Positions 15,519 through 24,000 of a stretch of 24,000 bases of DNA are shown here, in pieces. The notes beneath the pieces were generated by a model. It saw only the letters and a list, made by a program, of their open reading frames with translations, was not told the origin of the DNA and did no database searches. The first letter of the stretch is position 1. Each line of letters starts with the position of its first letter. Origin of the DNA: Hymenobacter pini (GTDB lineage: Bacteria; Bacteroidota; Bacteroidia; Cytophagales; Hymenobacteraceae); assembly GCF_020421205.1 (NCBI RefSeq), contig NZ_JAIZZH010000001.1, forward strand, positions 889,691 through 913,690. The letters run 5' to 3'. Made by a program: the position numbers and the translations under genes.

Positions 15519-15558
15519 TAAAAGGAAAGCGGGCCGCTCCGGTAAGGGGCGGCCCGCT
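15519..15558 (-). terminator. Probable rho-independent terminator of yebC
   Basis: The stem is AGCGGGCCGC (15528-15537) with GCGGCCCGCT (15549-15558). On the minus strand it is followed by the T-rich TTTCCTTTTATT. A second small hairpin, GCAAAAGAACGTTTTGC (15559-15575), is adjacent. Confidence 0.6.
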
Positions 15559-15587
15559 GCAAAAGAACGTTTTGCGGAATGCTACTC

Positions 15588-16322
15588 TTACCCGAGCGTG
15601 TGGTACACGGCCTGCACGTCGTCGTCCTCTTCGAACTTCTCAATCAGGTTCATCACTTCCTCCAGCTGTTCGCCTTCCAGGTGTACCGTGGTGTTCGGAA
15701 TGCGCTGCAGCTGGGCCGATACCACGTTCAAGCCTTTTTCTTCCAAGGCCTTCTGCATCTGGCCGAAGTCAGTAAATGCCGTTTCCACCACAATGTACTC
15801 CTTCACCGAGCCGTCTTCCTGCTCTTCCTGGTCGGTGTACACGTCCTCGGCACCGGCGTCAATCAGCTCCAGCTCCAGCTCCTCGGCGTCGAGACCCTCG
15901 GCGGCCAGCTTAAATACGCCCTTGCGGGTGAAAGTGAAATCCGACGAACCGGCCGTGCCCAAAGCGCCGTTGCCCCGGTTGAAGTACATGCGCACGTTGG
16001 CCACGGTGCGGGTGGGGTTGTCGGTAGCGGTTTCAATTACAATGGCTACGCCGTGAGGTGCATAGCCCTCGTACACCACTTCCGAGTAGTTACCTTCCTC
16101 CTTGCTGCTGGCGCGCTTAATGGCAGCCTCCACGCGGTCCTTGGGCATATTTACACCCTTGGCGTTTTGCATGGCCGTGCGCAGGCGAGAGTTGGTATCG
16201 GGGTTAGGGCCGTTTTCTTTGACGGCAATAACAATTTCGCGGCCGATACGGGTGAAGTCTTTCGACATCCGGTCCCAGCGCTTCATTTTGCGGCCTTTGC
16301 GGAATTCAAACGCGCGTCCCAT
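15588..16322 (-). CDS. yebC: YebC/PmpR-family DNA-binding transcriptional regulator
   Basis: 244 aa with the characteristic N-terminus MGRAFEFRKGRKMKRWDRMSKDFTRIGREI...NPDTNSRLRTAMQNAKGVNMPKD. The length is typical of the family. Confidence 0.92.
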   Translation of the reverse strand: MGRAFEFRKGRKMKRWDRMSKDFTRIGREIVIAVKENGPNPDTNSRLRTAMQNAKGVNMPKDRVEAAIKRASSKEEGNYSEVVYEGYAPHGVAIVIETATDNPTRTVANVRMYFNRGNGALGTAGSSDFTFTRKGVFKLAAEGLDAEELELELIDAGAEDVYTDQEEQEDGSVKEYIVVETAFTDFGQMQKALEEKGLNVVSAQLQRIPNTTVHLEGEQLEEVMNLIEKFEEDDDVQAVYHTLG

Positions 16323-16485
16323 CTATCAGTGAGTTGGTGAAATAGTGAATGAGTAAACTAGCCGTTCGGCAGGGTGGAGCCGAAAGGGGCCGCAAGTTAG
16401 CCGAAAGGCTCGGCAAGGACAACCTCCGCGCCCAGCAGTGGTGTTGGGTCGCCAGCCAGGCAGAGGTTGCCCCAAACGTAGGGCA

Positions 16486-17052
16486 TTATTGCAGCGTTAC
16501 GTTGCCGTTGTCGTCGAAGGAGCGACGCACGTTTTCGGTGCCTTTTACCACCAGCCCAAACACTTCCCGGCCGCCCTGGGCGTCTTCGTTCAGAATCATG
16601 GCCATGCTCAGCGAGGACACATCGAAGTGAAAGGTGCCGCCGTAGCTTTGCGGCTGCCCCTTGGAGTTGTTGTAGGTGAAGTTGATGCGGTTGCCGTTCA
16701 CTGTATAGCGGCCCGACTCATCGAAGGTATACGGGCCGTAGGGTCCCGGAATCTTCAGTTTTTTCTCGTAGGTGCCAGCCGGGCCCAGCCACAGGGTGCC
16801 GCTCACGCCGCGGGTACGGGTGGGCTCCTTACTGCGAGCCGGGTCGAAAATAACGTAGGCTACGTAGGTGTGGGTACCGAAAAACTGTGCTGGCAGCTTG
16901 GCAGCTGGTGCCACGGCTGGTTTCGTTGGGGCTGTTTTGCTGGCCGAAGCAGTCGGGCGGGCTGTTGCTTTAGCTGCCGGCCTCGACTGCCCGTTGGCAC
17001 TTGCATGCAGCATCAACAGCAGGGCGCCTAGCGTAACCGTACGGAATACCAT
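16486..17052 (-). CDS. Hypothetical secreted protein, paralog of the 17104-17535 gene
   Basis: The signal peptide is MVFRTVTLGALLLMLHASANGQ, followed by a Pro/Ala/Lys-rich linker. The shared core with its neighbour is FFGTHTYVAY...GVSGTLWLGPAGTYEKKLKI...FDESGRYTV..NRINFTY. Confidence 0.65.
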   Translation of the reverse strand: MVFRTVTLGALLLMLHASANGQSRPAAKATARPTASASKTAPTKPAVAPAAKLPAQFFGTHTYVAYVIFDPARSKEPTRTRGVSGTLWLGPAGTYEKKLKIPGPYGPYTFDESGRYTVNGNRINFTYNNSKGQPQSYGGTFHFDVSSLSMAMILNEDAQGGREVFGLVVKGTENVRRSFDDNGNVTLQ

Positions 17053-17103
17053 AGTAAAGGGGAGGGGAGGAAGAGTGGAGACAGGGGCTCAGCCGCACCG
17101 GTG

Positions 17104-17535
17104 TTAGCGAGGACCGGGCTTCACGGCCGTTAGGGTGTAAATGCTCTGGTTGCCAGCTGGAAAGCCAGCAAGGGTGATGGTGAGCAAACCGTTGCGCAGC
17201 CGGAACGTGCCCCGGTCGGTGCGGGGCTGGCCATTTTTGCTGTACACAAACCGGATACTATCGGCGGCAAACGTGAAGCGGCCATCCTGGTCGAAGCGCA
17301 GGGTGCTGCCGTTGCCGGCCAGCGTCAAGCGTTTCTGGTAGGTACCATCGGGGTTGAGGCGCAACGTGCCGCCTACGCCCTTAGCCGCCATAGGCGTGGA
17401 GCTGCTGCCCTTGTCCAGAATGGAATACGACTGGTACGTGTAGGTAGTAAAAAACGAGGGGCTGGTACGGGCCTGGTTGGGCTGACCCGGATGCGCCAGC
17501 AGGGCCACGCTCAACGCCGGAATAAGGAACTTCAT
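17104..17535 (-). CDS. Hypothetical secreted protein, paralog of the 16486-17052 gene
   Basis: The internal ATG 17535 gives the signal peptide MKFLIPALSVALLA. The core FFTTYTYQSY...GVGGTLRLNPDGTYQKRLTL...FDQDGRFTF..DSIRFVY aligns with the neighbouring gene. Confidence 0.65.
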   Translation of the reverse strand: MKFLIPALSVALLAHPGQPNQARTSPSFFTTYTYQSYSILDKGSSSTPMAAKGVGGTLRLNPDGTYQKRLTLAGNGSTLRFDQDGRFTFAADSIRFVYSKNGQPRTDRGTFRLRNGLLTITLAGFPAGNQSIYTLTAVKPGPR

Positions 17536-17564
17536 ACGGAAAGATACACGTCGGCCCGGCTTCG

Positions 17565-17960
17565 TCAAACCGGAAGCGTGAGTAGCCACTGCCGGGCCTC
17601 TTCCTGCTGGTCAAAGTCGAAAATCCGGATTTGCGGGCCGCGGGCATGGAGCATGGTGGTAGCCACCCCAAAGCGGGAGGGCCAGTCCATGGAATTAACC
17701 CAGGCGAGGGCCTGCACACCGGTTGTGCTTAGCTCCGGCAGAAATTCCTGGCCAATCCAGGCCGCCAATGGCCACCATTCGCCAAAAGCTTCGCTGCTGT
17801 CGTTCAGTATCTTGCGGCAGCCCGTTCGACGGACGCTTTCCAGCATCCGCCCGCAATCCTGCCGCACCGATTCAGCATCGTGCGGACCAATCCAATGCAC
17901 CACTAACATCTCTTCTTGGGCGTTGTACTGGATGGTGAGCGAGGGGGTATCGAGAAGCAT
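17565..17960 (-). CDS. Small hypothetical protein (131 aa), possibly with a STAS/SpoIIAA-like fold
   Basis: ATG at 17960. The sequence is MLLDTPSLTIQYNAQEEMLVVHWIGPHDAESVRQ...ILNDSS...IRIFDFDQQEEARQWLL. The pattern resembles small STAS-like proteins that I recall as multi-copy in Cytophagia. This is a weak assignment. Confidence 0.5.
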   Translation of the reverse strand: MLLDTPSLTIQYNAQEEMLVVHWIGPHDAESVRQDCGRMLESVRRTGCRKILNDSSEAFGEWWPLAAWIGQEFLPELSTTGVQALAWVNSMDWPSRFGVATTMLHARGPQIRIFDFDQQEEARQWLLTLPV

Positions 17961-18093
17961 AGCAGCAGCCTTTGACTTGTTATGTACGGCCGGCTCTTAA
18001 AAATAGTGATTTTTGAATACAGTTCAGCTGTAAGAATAATTCCAGTAAGCTAAGCTGCACCGAGTAGCGCGCAAATTCCCCCTACATTTGAGC

Positions 18094-19008
18094 ATGCCCA
18101 CCTTTATCCGTGACCTGATTCGGTCTGCCCACGAACTGCCCGAGGCCGATGTGTGCCTAGTTGGTTTGCCCCTTGATTTTGGAACGGTGCTGGAAGGGGG
18201 GCGGGCTGGGGCCGCCGGGGCGCCCGATGCCATTCGGCGGGAACTGCGCCGCTACCACAAAACCTACAATCTGGAGCATAATGTGCGTCTCGACGGTCTG
18301 CGCATTGCCGATGCCGGCAACCTGGACCTGCGCCACCCCGACCACGAAACCAACCACCAAACCATCCGGAGCGAGCTGGCCCGGCTGCTGAACCAGTACC
18401 CCCGCGTGGTAGTGCTGGGCGGCTCCCACGATGGTACGTATAGCACCGTGCGCGGCCTGCGCGACGCCACCGGTGGCTCGGCCGTGGGCGGCATCAACCT
18501 GGATGCCCACGCCGACGTGAAGGACCGGCCCGGCTTGCTCAGCAGCGGGACGCCCTTCGGCAAGCTGCTGCGGGAGGAAGTGCTGGCCGGCCCCCGCTTC
18601 ACTGAAATCGGCTTGCATTCCAACCTCAACACCTGGGAGGATATTGACTTCCTGCACCAGCAGCAGGCCCGCATTGTGCCCCTGGCCCACGTGCAGCAGG
18701 ATGGCATGCCCGAATACATGAGCCGGGCCCTGCGCCACGCTACCGCTGAGGGGCCCGCCTTCGTGAGCTTCGACGTGGATGGCTGCGCCGAGGCGTACGC
18801 CCCCGCCGTAAGTGCTCCCAGCGCCGATGGATTTACGCCGCGCCAAGCCACGCAGGCTGCTTTCCTGGCCGGTAAGGAGCCGGATGTGTTGCTGTTTGAG
18901 GTGGTCGAGTTCAACCCCGTTTTCGACCGGGACAACCAAACGGCCCGGCTGGCGGCTACCGTTGTAGCGGCTTACCTCACGGGTGTAGCGGCCGGGCTGG
19001 AAGCGTAG
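18094..19008 (+). CDS. Arginase/ureohydrolase-family protein (formimidoylglutamase- or agmatinase-like)
   Basis: The ATG at 18094 is preferred over the track's TTG at 18088. Mn-ligand motifs are present: GGSHDGT, NLDAHADVKD, SFDVDG. The C-terminal FEVVEFNP is typical of the family. Confidence 0.85.
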   Translation: MPTFIRDLIRSAHELPEADVCLVGLPLDFGTVLEGGRAGAAGAPDAIRRELRRYHKTYNLEHNVRLDGLRIADAGNLDLRHPDHETNHQTIRSELARLLNQYPRVVVLGGSHDGTYSTVRGLRDATGGSAVGGINLDAHADVKDRPGLLSSGTPFGKLLREEVLAGPRFTEIGLHSNLNTWEDIDFLHQQQARIVPLAHVQQDGMPEYMSRALRHATAEGPAFVSFDVDGCAEAYAPAVSAPSADGFTPRQATQAAFLAGKEPDVLLFEVVEFNPVFDRDNQTARLAATVVAAYLTGVAAGLEA

Positions 19009-19112
19009 ACGGTCATTCTTGGGGAGGGGAAGCCGCGCCGCTGCATTTCCCGAGGCCGGTAGTAGTTTAGGCGCAGCATTCCTCCCTGGCTTGCCCTACC
19101 TAGCTCATTTTC

Positions 19113-19955
19113 ATGAAGTGTTCTTTACTCTTATCAGGTCTGTTGCTCGGCGCTTTGCCCGTGGCTGCTCAGCAAGCACCGGCCCTGAGCCTGACTTGTC
19201 CGGCCCCAACGGCTAGTTCTGCACTGCAAAAGCTGTACTGTGAAACCCGCGACCTGACCCTGCCCGCGCCAGCCGAAACCAGCACCCTGACCGTGGACGC
19301 ACGCACCAACGGCGGTATTACGGTGCGCGGCTGGAGTGGTACTACCGTGAAAGTGCGGGCCCTGGTAACCGCCCGGGCAGCCACCGTAGCGGATGCCAAA
19401 GCGCTGGTAACTGCCGTGAAGGTGACCACCCAGAACAACACGCTCCGCGCTGGCCGGGCCAATGAGTCGTTGGATGGCTGGGCGGTGGACTATGAAGTGC
19501 TGGTGCCCGCCCGCACGAATCTGGAGTTGAAGGCAATGAACGGTGGTATTACCATTGAAAACGTAGCGGGCACGTTGCGCCTCACTACCACTAACGGCCC
19601 CCTGCTGCTACGCAACGTGAACGGTGACGTGCGCGGCCAGACCACCAACGGCAGCCTCATGCTGCAGCTGGATGGCCCGGCGTGGACCGGGCCGGGGCTG
19701 GATGTCAGCACTGTAAACGGGAGCGTAGAGTGGCAACTTCCTGCAAGCTACGCCGCTACCATCCTGGCCCGCACCACGCACGGAAAAGTCAAGGCTGAGC
19801 TCAATACCAAGCGCAAAAGCGTGCTGCCGCACAACTTGGCGGCTACCCTCGGGAAAGGAGGCGCGCAACTAAAAGTTAGCACGGTACACGGCAGCATCTC
19901 AGTGCAGCAACCCGCCCCGGATACCGTTCCGGTCTCCCCGACTTCGGCGGAGTAA
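19113..19955 (+). CDS. DUF4097-like beta-strand repeat protein (putative adhesin), secreted
   Basis: The signal peptide is MKCSLLLSGLLLGALPVAAQQ. NGGI/NGSL/NGSV/HGSI strand motifs recur periodically (NGGITVRG, NGGITIEN, TNGPLLLRN, TNGSLMLQL, VNGSVEW, VHGSISVQ). Confidence 0.75.
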   Translation: MKCSLLLSGLLLGALPVAAQQAPALSLTCPAPTASSALQKLYCETRDLTLPAPAETSTLTVDARTNGGITVRGWSGTTVKVRALVTARAATVADAKALVTAVKVTTQNNTLRAGRANESLDGWAVDYEVLVPARTNLELKAMNGGITIENVAGTLRLTTTNGPLLLRNVNGDVRGQTTNGSLMLQLDGPAWTGPGLDVSTVNGSVEWQLPASYAATILARTTHGKVKAELNTKRKSVLPHNLAATLGKGGAQLKVSTVHGSISVQQPAPDTVPVSPTSAE

Positions 19956-19971
19956 GCAACCTGATAGAATG

Positions 19972-20010
19972 CGAAAAGCGGCCCTGGCTGTCACAGTCAG
20001 GGCCGCTTTT
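19972..20010. terminator. Bidirectional terminator between convergent genes
   Basis: A 14-bp perfect stem, GAAAAGCGGCCCTG (19972-19985) with CAGGGCCGCTTTTC (19997-20010), has T-runs available on both strands. It lies between the stops at 19955 (+) and 20035 (-). Confidence 0.85.
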
Positions 20011-20034
20011 CGTGTTGTCAAGATACTTCGCCGC

Positions 20035-21024
20035 TTAGCGCGCTACCTCTTCGGTGCGTTGGCGCTTGGGTTCCGCTGCCTTGGGGCGGGGATACTCGTT
20101 CTGCTTGTGGGTTTTGTAGCGCTTAATTAGCCAAGCGGCCCCTACCAACGCACCTAGGCCGGCCGCCGCCACTGCAAACTTTGCCCGGATGGGGTCGTGC
20201 GGGGCGGGGGGGAGGTAGGCTACGCCGTTTTCATCGGTGCGGGCGGGTGTGCTCACGTAGCGGCCGTGGGCCGGGGCTTTGAAATCATCAGCCAGCCTTT
20301 GCAGCTGCTTCGTGTATTTCTCGCCCGCTACGGCCGGACCATGACCGCACCCGATAGCCTCGGGGCGCAGAGCGGCTAGTGCCTTTATCGACTCGCCTAC
20401 TTGCTGCCAGTCGTAGTTGAACGGGGCCCCGGCAATGCTGATTTCTGGAATCTGCAGCAGCAGCTCCGGTACCGACTCGTGGTTGGCGGTGGCAAAGGCG
20501 TCGCCGGCCAGTAGCGTACGGTCCTTTTCCCGAAACAGGGCAATCTGGCCCGGGGCGTGGCCCGGTACGTGCTGCCACTGCCAATCGGGCAGGAAGGGCG
20601 GGTCTACGTCGTTGGCCGGGAGCTGTTGCACGTAGTCGCTGAGCTGGAACGACTGAGGCGGGAAGAAGCGGGATACGAAGGCCAGGGAGCCGCCACCGGC
20701 CACGGTGGGGTCGGCGGGCGGGTACACGGCCCGGGCCGTGAGGAAGGGCAGTTCCAGCGGGTGGGCCAGTACCGGTACCTTCCAGTGTTCCGCTAAGGCC
20801 TGCGCTGAGCCGGAGTGGTCCATGTGCCCGTGGGTCAGAATAATGGCCTCGGGGTGTGTACCAGGATAGAAGAGGTGGTCGGCGGCGGCAATGATGCTTT
20901 TCTCGGAACCGGGCAGACCGGTATCCACCAATACCCACTCGCCGGGCGTGCCGGTTTCCACAAAATATACATTCACGAAGCGCTGAATGGTGAGCTGGTG
21001 AACCCCAGCGGCTACTTTTTTCAT
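20035..21024 (-). CDS. MBL-fold metallo-hydrolase with a C-terminal membrane anchor and basic tail
   Basis: 329 aa starting at ATG 21024. The metallo-beta-lactamase motif THGHMDHSG is present, with later H and D ligands (VPGHAPG, CGHG). The C-terminal hydrophobic segment FAVAAAGLGALVGAAWLI is followed by KRYKTHKQ... Confidence 0.85.
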   Translation of the reverse strand: MKKVAAGVHQLTIQRFVNVYFVETGTPGEWVLVDTGLPGSEKSIIAAADHLFYPGTHPEAIILTHGHMDHSGSAQALAEHWKVPVLAHPLELPFLTARAVYPPADPTVAGGGSLAFVSRFFPPQSFQLSDYVQQLPANDVDPPFLPDWQWQHVPGHAPGQIALFREKDRTLLAGDAFATANHESVPELLLQIPEISIAGAPFNYDWQQVGESIKALAALRPEAIGCGHGPAVAGEKYTKQLQRLADDFKAPAHGRYVSTPARTDENGVAYLPPAPHDPIRAKFAVAAAGLGALVGAAWLIKRYKTHKQNEYPRPKAAEPKRQRTEEVAR

Positions 21025-21222
21025 GAGTTCGGGAGGTAGATGAACGGATAGAGGCAGTACGCACTCCGCCCAGCCTTAGATATCCTTTCCCCACAATTTG
21101 TACCTCCGCAGTAGGGCCACAACCACCAGATTGAGTACTTTGCCGCTACCAGATGGCCGGGGCATCTACGTTCCTTGGCCACTTACTTTCCCCGTTTTCG
21201 CCACTTTTTAGTGCTGTCCACA

Positions 21223-21723
21223 ATGGCCGACTCTTCCAAATCAGCCCTATTCTCACAAACTGAGCAGCAGCTGCAGCAGCAGGGTTTCCGCGTTGAACGC
21301 AAGGATGAAAACCGACCCTGGGGTGGCTTCTTCGTGCTGGATGAGAATCAGGCTCAGCAATTTGCAGATCAGTATTTCGATGGATTATCGGTTGATAACC
21401 TGCGGATTTCGGGCAAGCTCAGCCCCAAAATCCTGCTGGTGGCCCCGCACCAACGCCTCAGCTGGCAGTACCACCACCGCCGCGCCGAAATCTGGCGCGT
21501 GGTGAGCGGCACGGTGGGCGTCATTACCAGCCCCACCGATGAGGAAGGGCCCCTGAAAACCTACGGCCCCGGCGAGCAAATCACGCTGCAACAAGGCGAG
21601 CGGCACCGCCTCATCGGCCTCGACGGCTGGGGGCAGATTGCCGAAATCTGGCAGCACACCGACGCCACGCAACCCTCTGACGAGGACGACATCGTGCGCG
21701 TGCAGGACGATTTCGGGCGGTAA
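21223..21723 (+). CDS. Cupin-domain protein resembling the C-terminal domain of type II phosphomannose isomerase
   Basis: The ATG at 21223 (MADSSKSALF) is preferred over the track's TTG at 21175. The motifs NRPWGGFFVL and LSWQYHHRRAEIWRVVSG match the cupin core of MPI type II C-terminal domains. Confidence 0.75.
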   Translation: MADSSKSALFSQTEQQLQQQGFRVERKDENRPWGGFFVLDENQAQQFADQYFDGLSVDNLRISGKLSPKILLVAPHQRLSWQYHHRRAEIWRVVSGTVGVITSPTDEEGPLKTYGPGEQITLQQGERHRLIGLDGWGQIAEIWQHTDATQPSDEDDIVRVQDDFGR

Positions 21724-21796
21724 GCTTTAGGTGCCAGCGCTTTAATCAGGCAGTAACATACCCCGGCTGTTCACGGCCGGAGGGTGTAGCGTGAGT

Positions 21797-22333
21797 ATGA
21801 AAAATTATCTTATCCGGTTTAGTATAGTTCTGTTGTTTAGTACAGTTAGCCATATTGTTGCAGTAGCCCAGCAAGTCCGGTTTTCTGAGCTGGTCAGCTT
21901 TTTTGAAGGCGGACCGGCCGTGGCTCAGCAGGTATTGTTCCCACGTGGTTGGGTGCATGCCGGGTTCGATACTTTCCAGGACTCGGTACAGCATTGTGCT
22001 GGTAAAAGCTACCTGTACGGCTTCCCGCTCACCCCGCCCGATTCGACCGGTTATGGGCAGTGGATCAACGTTGATACAGAAGGTACTTGCCCTCAGGTCG
22101 TTGGTTATCAAACCAATAAGCAAGCGGCCATTGAGCTGATGAGGCGCGAATTAAAAAGCCAGTACCGGATGGCCCTCGACAAGAACTACCCTACCTGGGC
22201 AGGCCGTCGGCGGGTGACGCATTCTGTCTATGTTGGCCCGGTCTATCGGGCGCAGGTAATTGAGGAGATTGAGAAGGTCAGTAAAGTAGCGCTGAGTGCT
22301 CGTTACACGGTATATGTAGGAAAGCTGCTGTAA
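21797..22333 (+). CDS. Hypothetical secreted protein (178 aa)
   Basis: The ATG at 21797 (MKNYLIRFSIVLLFSTVSHIVAVAQQ) gives a signal peptide; the track starts at the GTG at 21791. The 5' end is AT-rich. I recognise no family. Confidence 0.6.
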   Translation: MKNYLIRFSIVLLFSTVSHIVAVAQQVRFSELVSFFEGGPAVAQQVLFPRGWVHAGFDTFQDSVQHCAGKSYLYGFPLTPPDSTGYGQWINVDTEGTCPQVVGYQTNKQAAIELMRRELKSQYRMALDKNYPTWAGRRRVTHSVYVGPVYRAQVIEEIEKVSKVALSARYTVYVGKLL

Positions 22334-22351
22334 ACCACCCGGCAACACGCA

Positions 22352-22379
22352 AAAGCCCCAACCGACAGGCTGGGGCTTT
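22352..22379. terminator. Bidirectional terminator between convergent genes
   Basis: The stem is AAAGCCCCA (22352-22360) with TGGGGCTTT (22371-22379) and a 10-nt loop. T-rich sequence follows on both strands. It lies between the stops at 22333 (+) and 22404 (-). Confidence 0.75.
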
Positions 22380-22403
22380 GTGCTTATCAACTATTAGTAT
22401 GCT

Positions 22404-24000
22404 TTACGCCAGCGCCTTTTTCAAGTCGCTTAGCAACTGCGCCACGCCGGCTTCTTCACCTACTGAGCCGAGGTGTACGCGCAGGGTGCGGCGGCCGGTG
22501 TTCTGCAGGGCCTCCAGGTCGCCAGCGGCCTGGGCGTTCTGGAAGGTGCCGAAGGTGTAGGGGCGGCCGGGCAGGGGCAGGTCCTGGGCGTGGTCGGTGG
22601 TGAGCTGCAGGAACAGGCCGGTGTTGGGGCCGCCTTTGTGGTACTGGCCGGTGGAGTGCAGGAAGCGGGGGCCGTAGCCCGAGGCCGTGGCAATGTGCAG
22701 GCGCTGCTGCACCAGCTGGCGCAGCTCATCCAGCTCGGCGTTCAGCGCCGGGGTTTCCATCAGGTAGGCTTGGATGCAGAGGAAATTATCGGCACCGGCT
22801 TGCCCGAAGAAGGCTTTCAGCACATCAACAGCCGTGGCCGTGGAGCCGGCTACAGTGGTATAGTAGCTCAGGCCGTTTTTCTCCAGCACTGGGGCGCTGG
22901 TTTGGGGCAAAGAACCACGCTCCACAACCACCTTCATCAGCTGGTCGGTGGCGGTTTTGGCGGCCTGCACGTTGGGCTGGTCGAAGGGGTTGATTTCGAG
23001 CACGGCGCTAGCTACGGCCGTAGCTACTTCCCAGCGGAAGAACTCTGCGCCAAGGTCCAGTGCGTCCCGCATCAGGATGGTGATTACCGGGTGGCCGGCG
23101 GCTTGCAGAGCAGCTACTTTCTGGCGGTTTTCCGCGTCGGGCTGGTTCTCGTAGCCCACGTATACAAACACCCGGTCCTGGCCGTATACTTCGGGCGTGC
23201 CCAGCGGGTCGCCGGCTACGGGCAGAATGCCTTTATCCTCTTTACCGGTGCTTTCCGCAATGAGCTGCTCCAGCCACAGGCCCAGGTCGGTGAGGTTGGA
23301 GGGCACTACCAGCGTAAGCTTGTCGCGGCCCTGCTGGGCCAGTACGCCCAGGGCCACGCCCAGCTCCAGGCCGGGGTTGTGGGCCACGGCGCCTTCCGAG
23401 CCGGTGGCACGCATCATGGCAATGGCGCGCTCCAGCAGGGTTTTGATGTCAATGCCGTACATGGCGGCGGGCACCAACCCGAAGTAGGAGAGGGCCGAGA
23501 ACCGGCCGCCCACCTCGGCAAAGTTGAGGAAGATGCGGCGGTAGCCCTCGTTGGTAGCCTGGGTTACAAACTTGGAGCCCGGGTCAGTAATGGCCACGAA
23601 GTTCTCGCCGGCTTTCTCGCCCTTCAGCTCCTTCAGGCGGGCGTAGAAGTAGTCGCCGAAAGCCAGGGGCTCGGCCGTAGTGCCCGATTTGCTGGCGACT
23701 ACAAACAGCGTTTCGGGCAGGGAAACGGCTTCCTCAATCTCGCGCACCGAGCCGGGGTTGGTGGTATCCAGCACCAGCAGGGGCAAGCCGTCGGCACTTT
23801 TCTCGAAAGCCTGTTTAAATACGATGGGCGTCATGGTGCTGCCGCCCATGCCCATCACCACCACGTGCTTGAAGCCGGCGGCGCGTACTTCCTGTGCAAA
23901 TTCCTCAATCTCGCCCACGCGGGGTAGCATGGTTTCGGCCACGCGTAGCCAGCCCATAAAGCTGCGCACGCTCTGCTGGGCTTCGGCGTCCTGCACCCAC
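22404..24000 (-). CDS. pgi: Glucose-6-phosphate isomerase; N-terminus lies beyond the right edge
   Basis: PGI signatures are present: VVMGMGGSTMTP and ASKSGTTAEP (SIS domain), then GGRFSALS. The track's first 'M' is a GTG codon at 23996..23994, and the frame stays open to the window end (preceding codon TGG). The gene is therefore truncated by the window. Confidence 0.9.
   Translation of the reverse strand, partial: WVQDAEAQQSVRSFMGWLRVAETMLPRVGEIEEFAQEVRAAGFKHVVVMGMGGSTMTPIVFKQAFEKSADGLPLLVLDTTNPGSVREIEEAVSLPETLFVVASKSGTTAEPLAFGDYFYARLKELKGEKAGENFVAITDPGSKFVTQATNEGYRRIFLNFAEVGGRFSALSYFGLVPAAMYGIDIKTLLERAIAMMRATGSEGAVAHNPGLELGVALGVLAQQGRDKLTLVVPSNLTDLGLWLEQLIAESTGKEDKGILPVAGDPLGTPEVYGQDRVFVYVGYENQPDAENRQKVAALQAAGHPVITILMRDALDLGAEFFRWEVATAVASAVLEINPFDQPNVQAAKTATDQLMKVVVERGSLPQTSAPVLEKNGLSYYTTVAGSTATAVDVLKAFFGQAGADNFLCIQAYLMETPALNAELDELRQLVQQRLHIATASGYGPRFLHSTGQYHKGGPNTGLFLQLTTDHAQDLPLPGRPYTFGTFQNAQAAGDLEALQNTGRRTLRVHLGSVGEEAGVAQLLSDLKKALA

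Noticed and set aside
16349-16485. Repeated GCCGAAAGG motifs (16379-16413) between yebC and the upstream secreted-protein gene, considered as a possible riboswitch or terminator
   Set aside because: Only 3-4 bp GNRA-type mini-hairpins can be drawn. There is no extended conserved-looking structure or U-run, which is insufficient to call a feature.
18083-18090. TACATTTG, an exact match to the Bacteroidetes TAnnTTTG -7 promoter consensus, 3 nt upstream of the arginase-family ATG
   Set aside because: It would imply a leaderless mRNA starting at or inside the ATG. I found no TTG or TTTG element about 33 nt upstream. A single 8-mer match is not sufficient, so I left it as a possibility rather than a call.
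18157-18939. 260-aa and 223-aa ORFs on the minus strand
   Set aside because: They are antisense to the arginase-family gene, which has all three Mn-binding motifs. Neither antisense product has a recognisable domain.
22473-23927. 484-aa ORF on the plus strand
   Set aside because: It lies entirely antisense to pgi, whose minus-strand product carries unmistakable PGI motifs (GMGGS, SKSGTTAEP). The plus-strand product is low-complexity and Gly/Ala/Val/Gln-rich, typical of a shadow ORF in GC-rich DNA.

Overview
All calls come from reading the sequence and the supplied ORF track; no homology search, HMM, fold or GC calculation was run. The window looks like a high-GC chromosomal segment of a Bacteroidota organism. 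A Hymenobacter or Cytophagia-type origin is my inference from composition and from GTCATYCYGRG-type hairpin repeats. About 25 genes are present and most lie on the minus strand.

Genes, left to right:
- The first two genes of a probable phage-tail-like contractile injection (eCIS/PVC-type) operon. These are a DUF4255/Pvc16_N-like protein and a tightly coupled partner that runs off the left edge.
- A secreted M28 peptidase.
- A biotin cluster in the order bioB, bioF, SAM-methyltransferase, bioD, bioA, KAS-I/II-like condensing enzyme.
- maa, yiaA and rluF.
- Two hypothetical proteins, at least one of which sits in DNA that looks lower in G+C by eye.
- A proline iminopeptidase lipoprotein, a DinB-family protein and yebC.
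- Two tandem paralogous secreted proteins and a small STAS-like hypothetical.
- An arginase-family hydrolase, a DUF4097 beta-repeat protein, an anchored MBL hydrolase, a cupin and a secreted hypothetical.
- A pgi gene that runs off the right edge.

No rRNA, tRNA, CRISPR array, transposase or integrase is recognisable.

Most interesting observations:
1. The biotin cluster ends in a dedicated Cys-His-His ketoacyl synthase that overlaps bioA by 8 nt, and the cluster has no recognisable pimeloyl-ester esterase.
2. That synthase carries an in-frame segment of about 180 bp bounded by a perfect 19-bp inverted repeat and built from heptamer and 14-mer repeats.
3. Hairpin repeat elements sit after and inside the bio operon, and a perfect 31-bp inverted repeat follows the peptidase gene.
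4. The clipped eCIS-like operon start lies at the left edge.

No complete novel multi-gene system is demonstrable inside this window.
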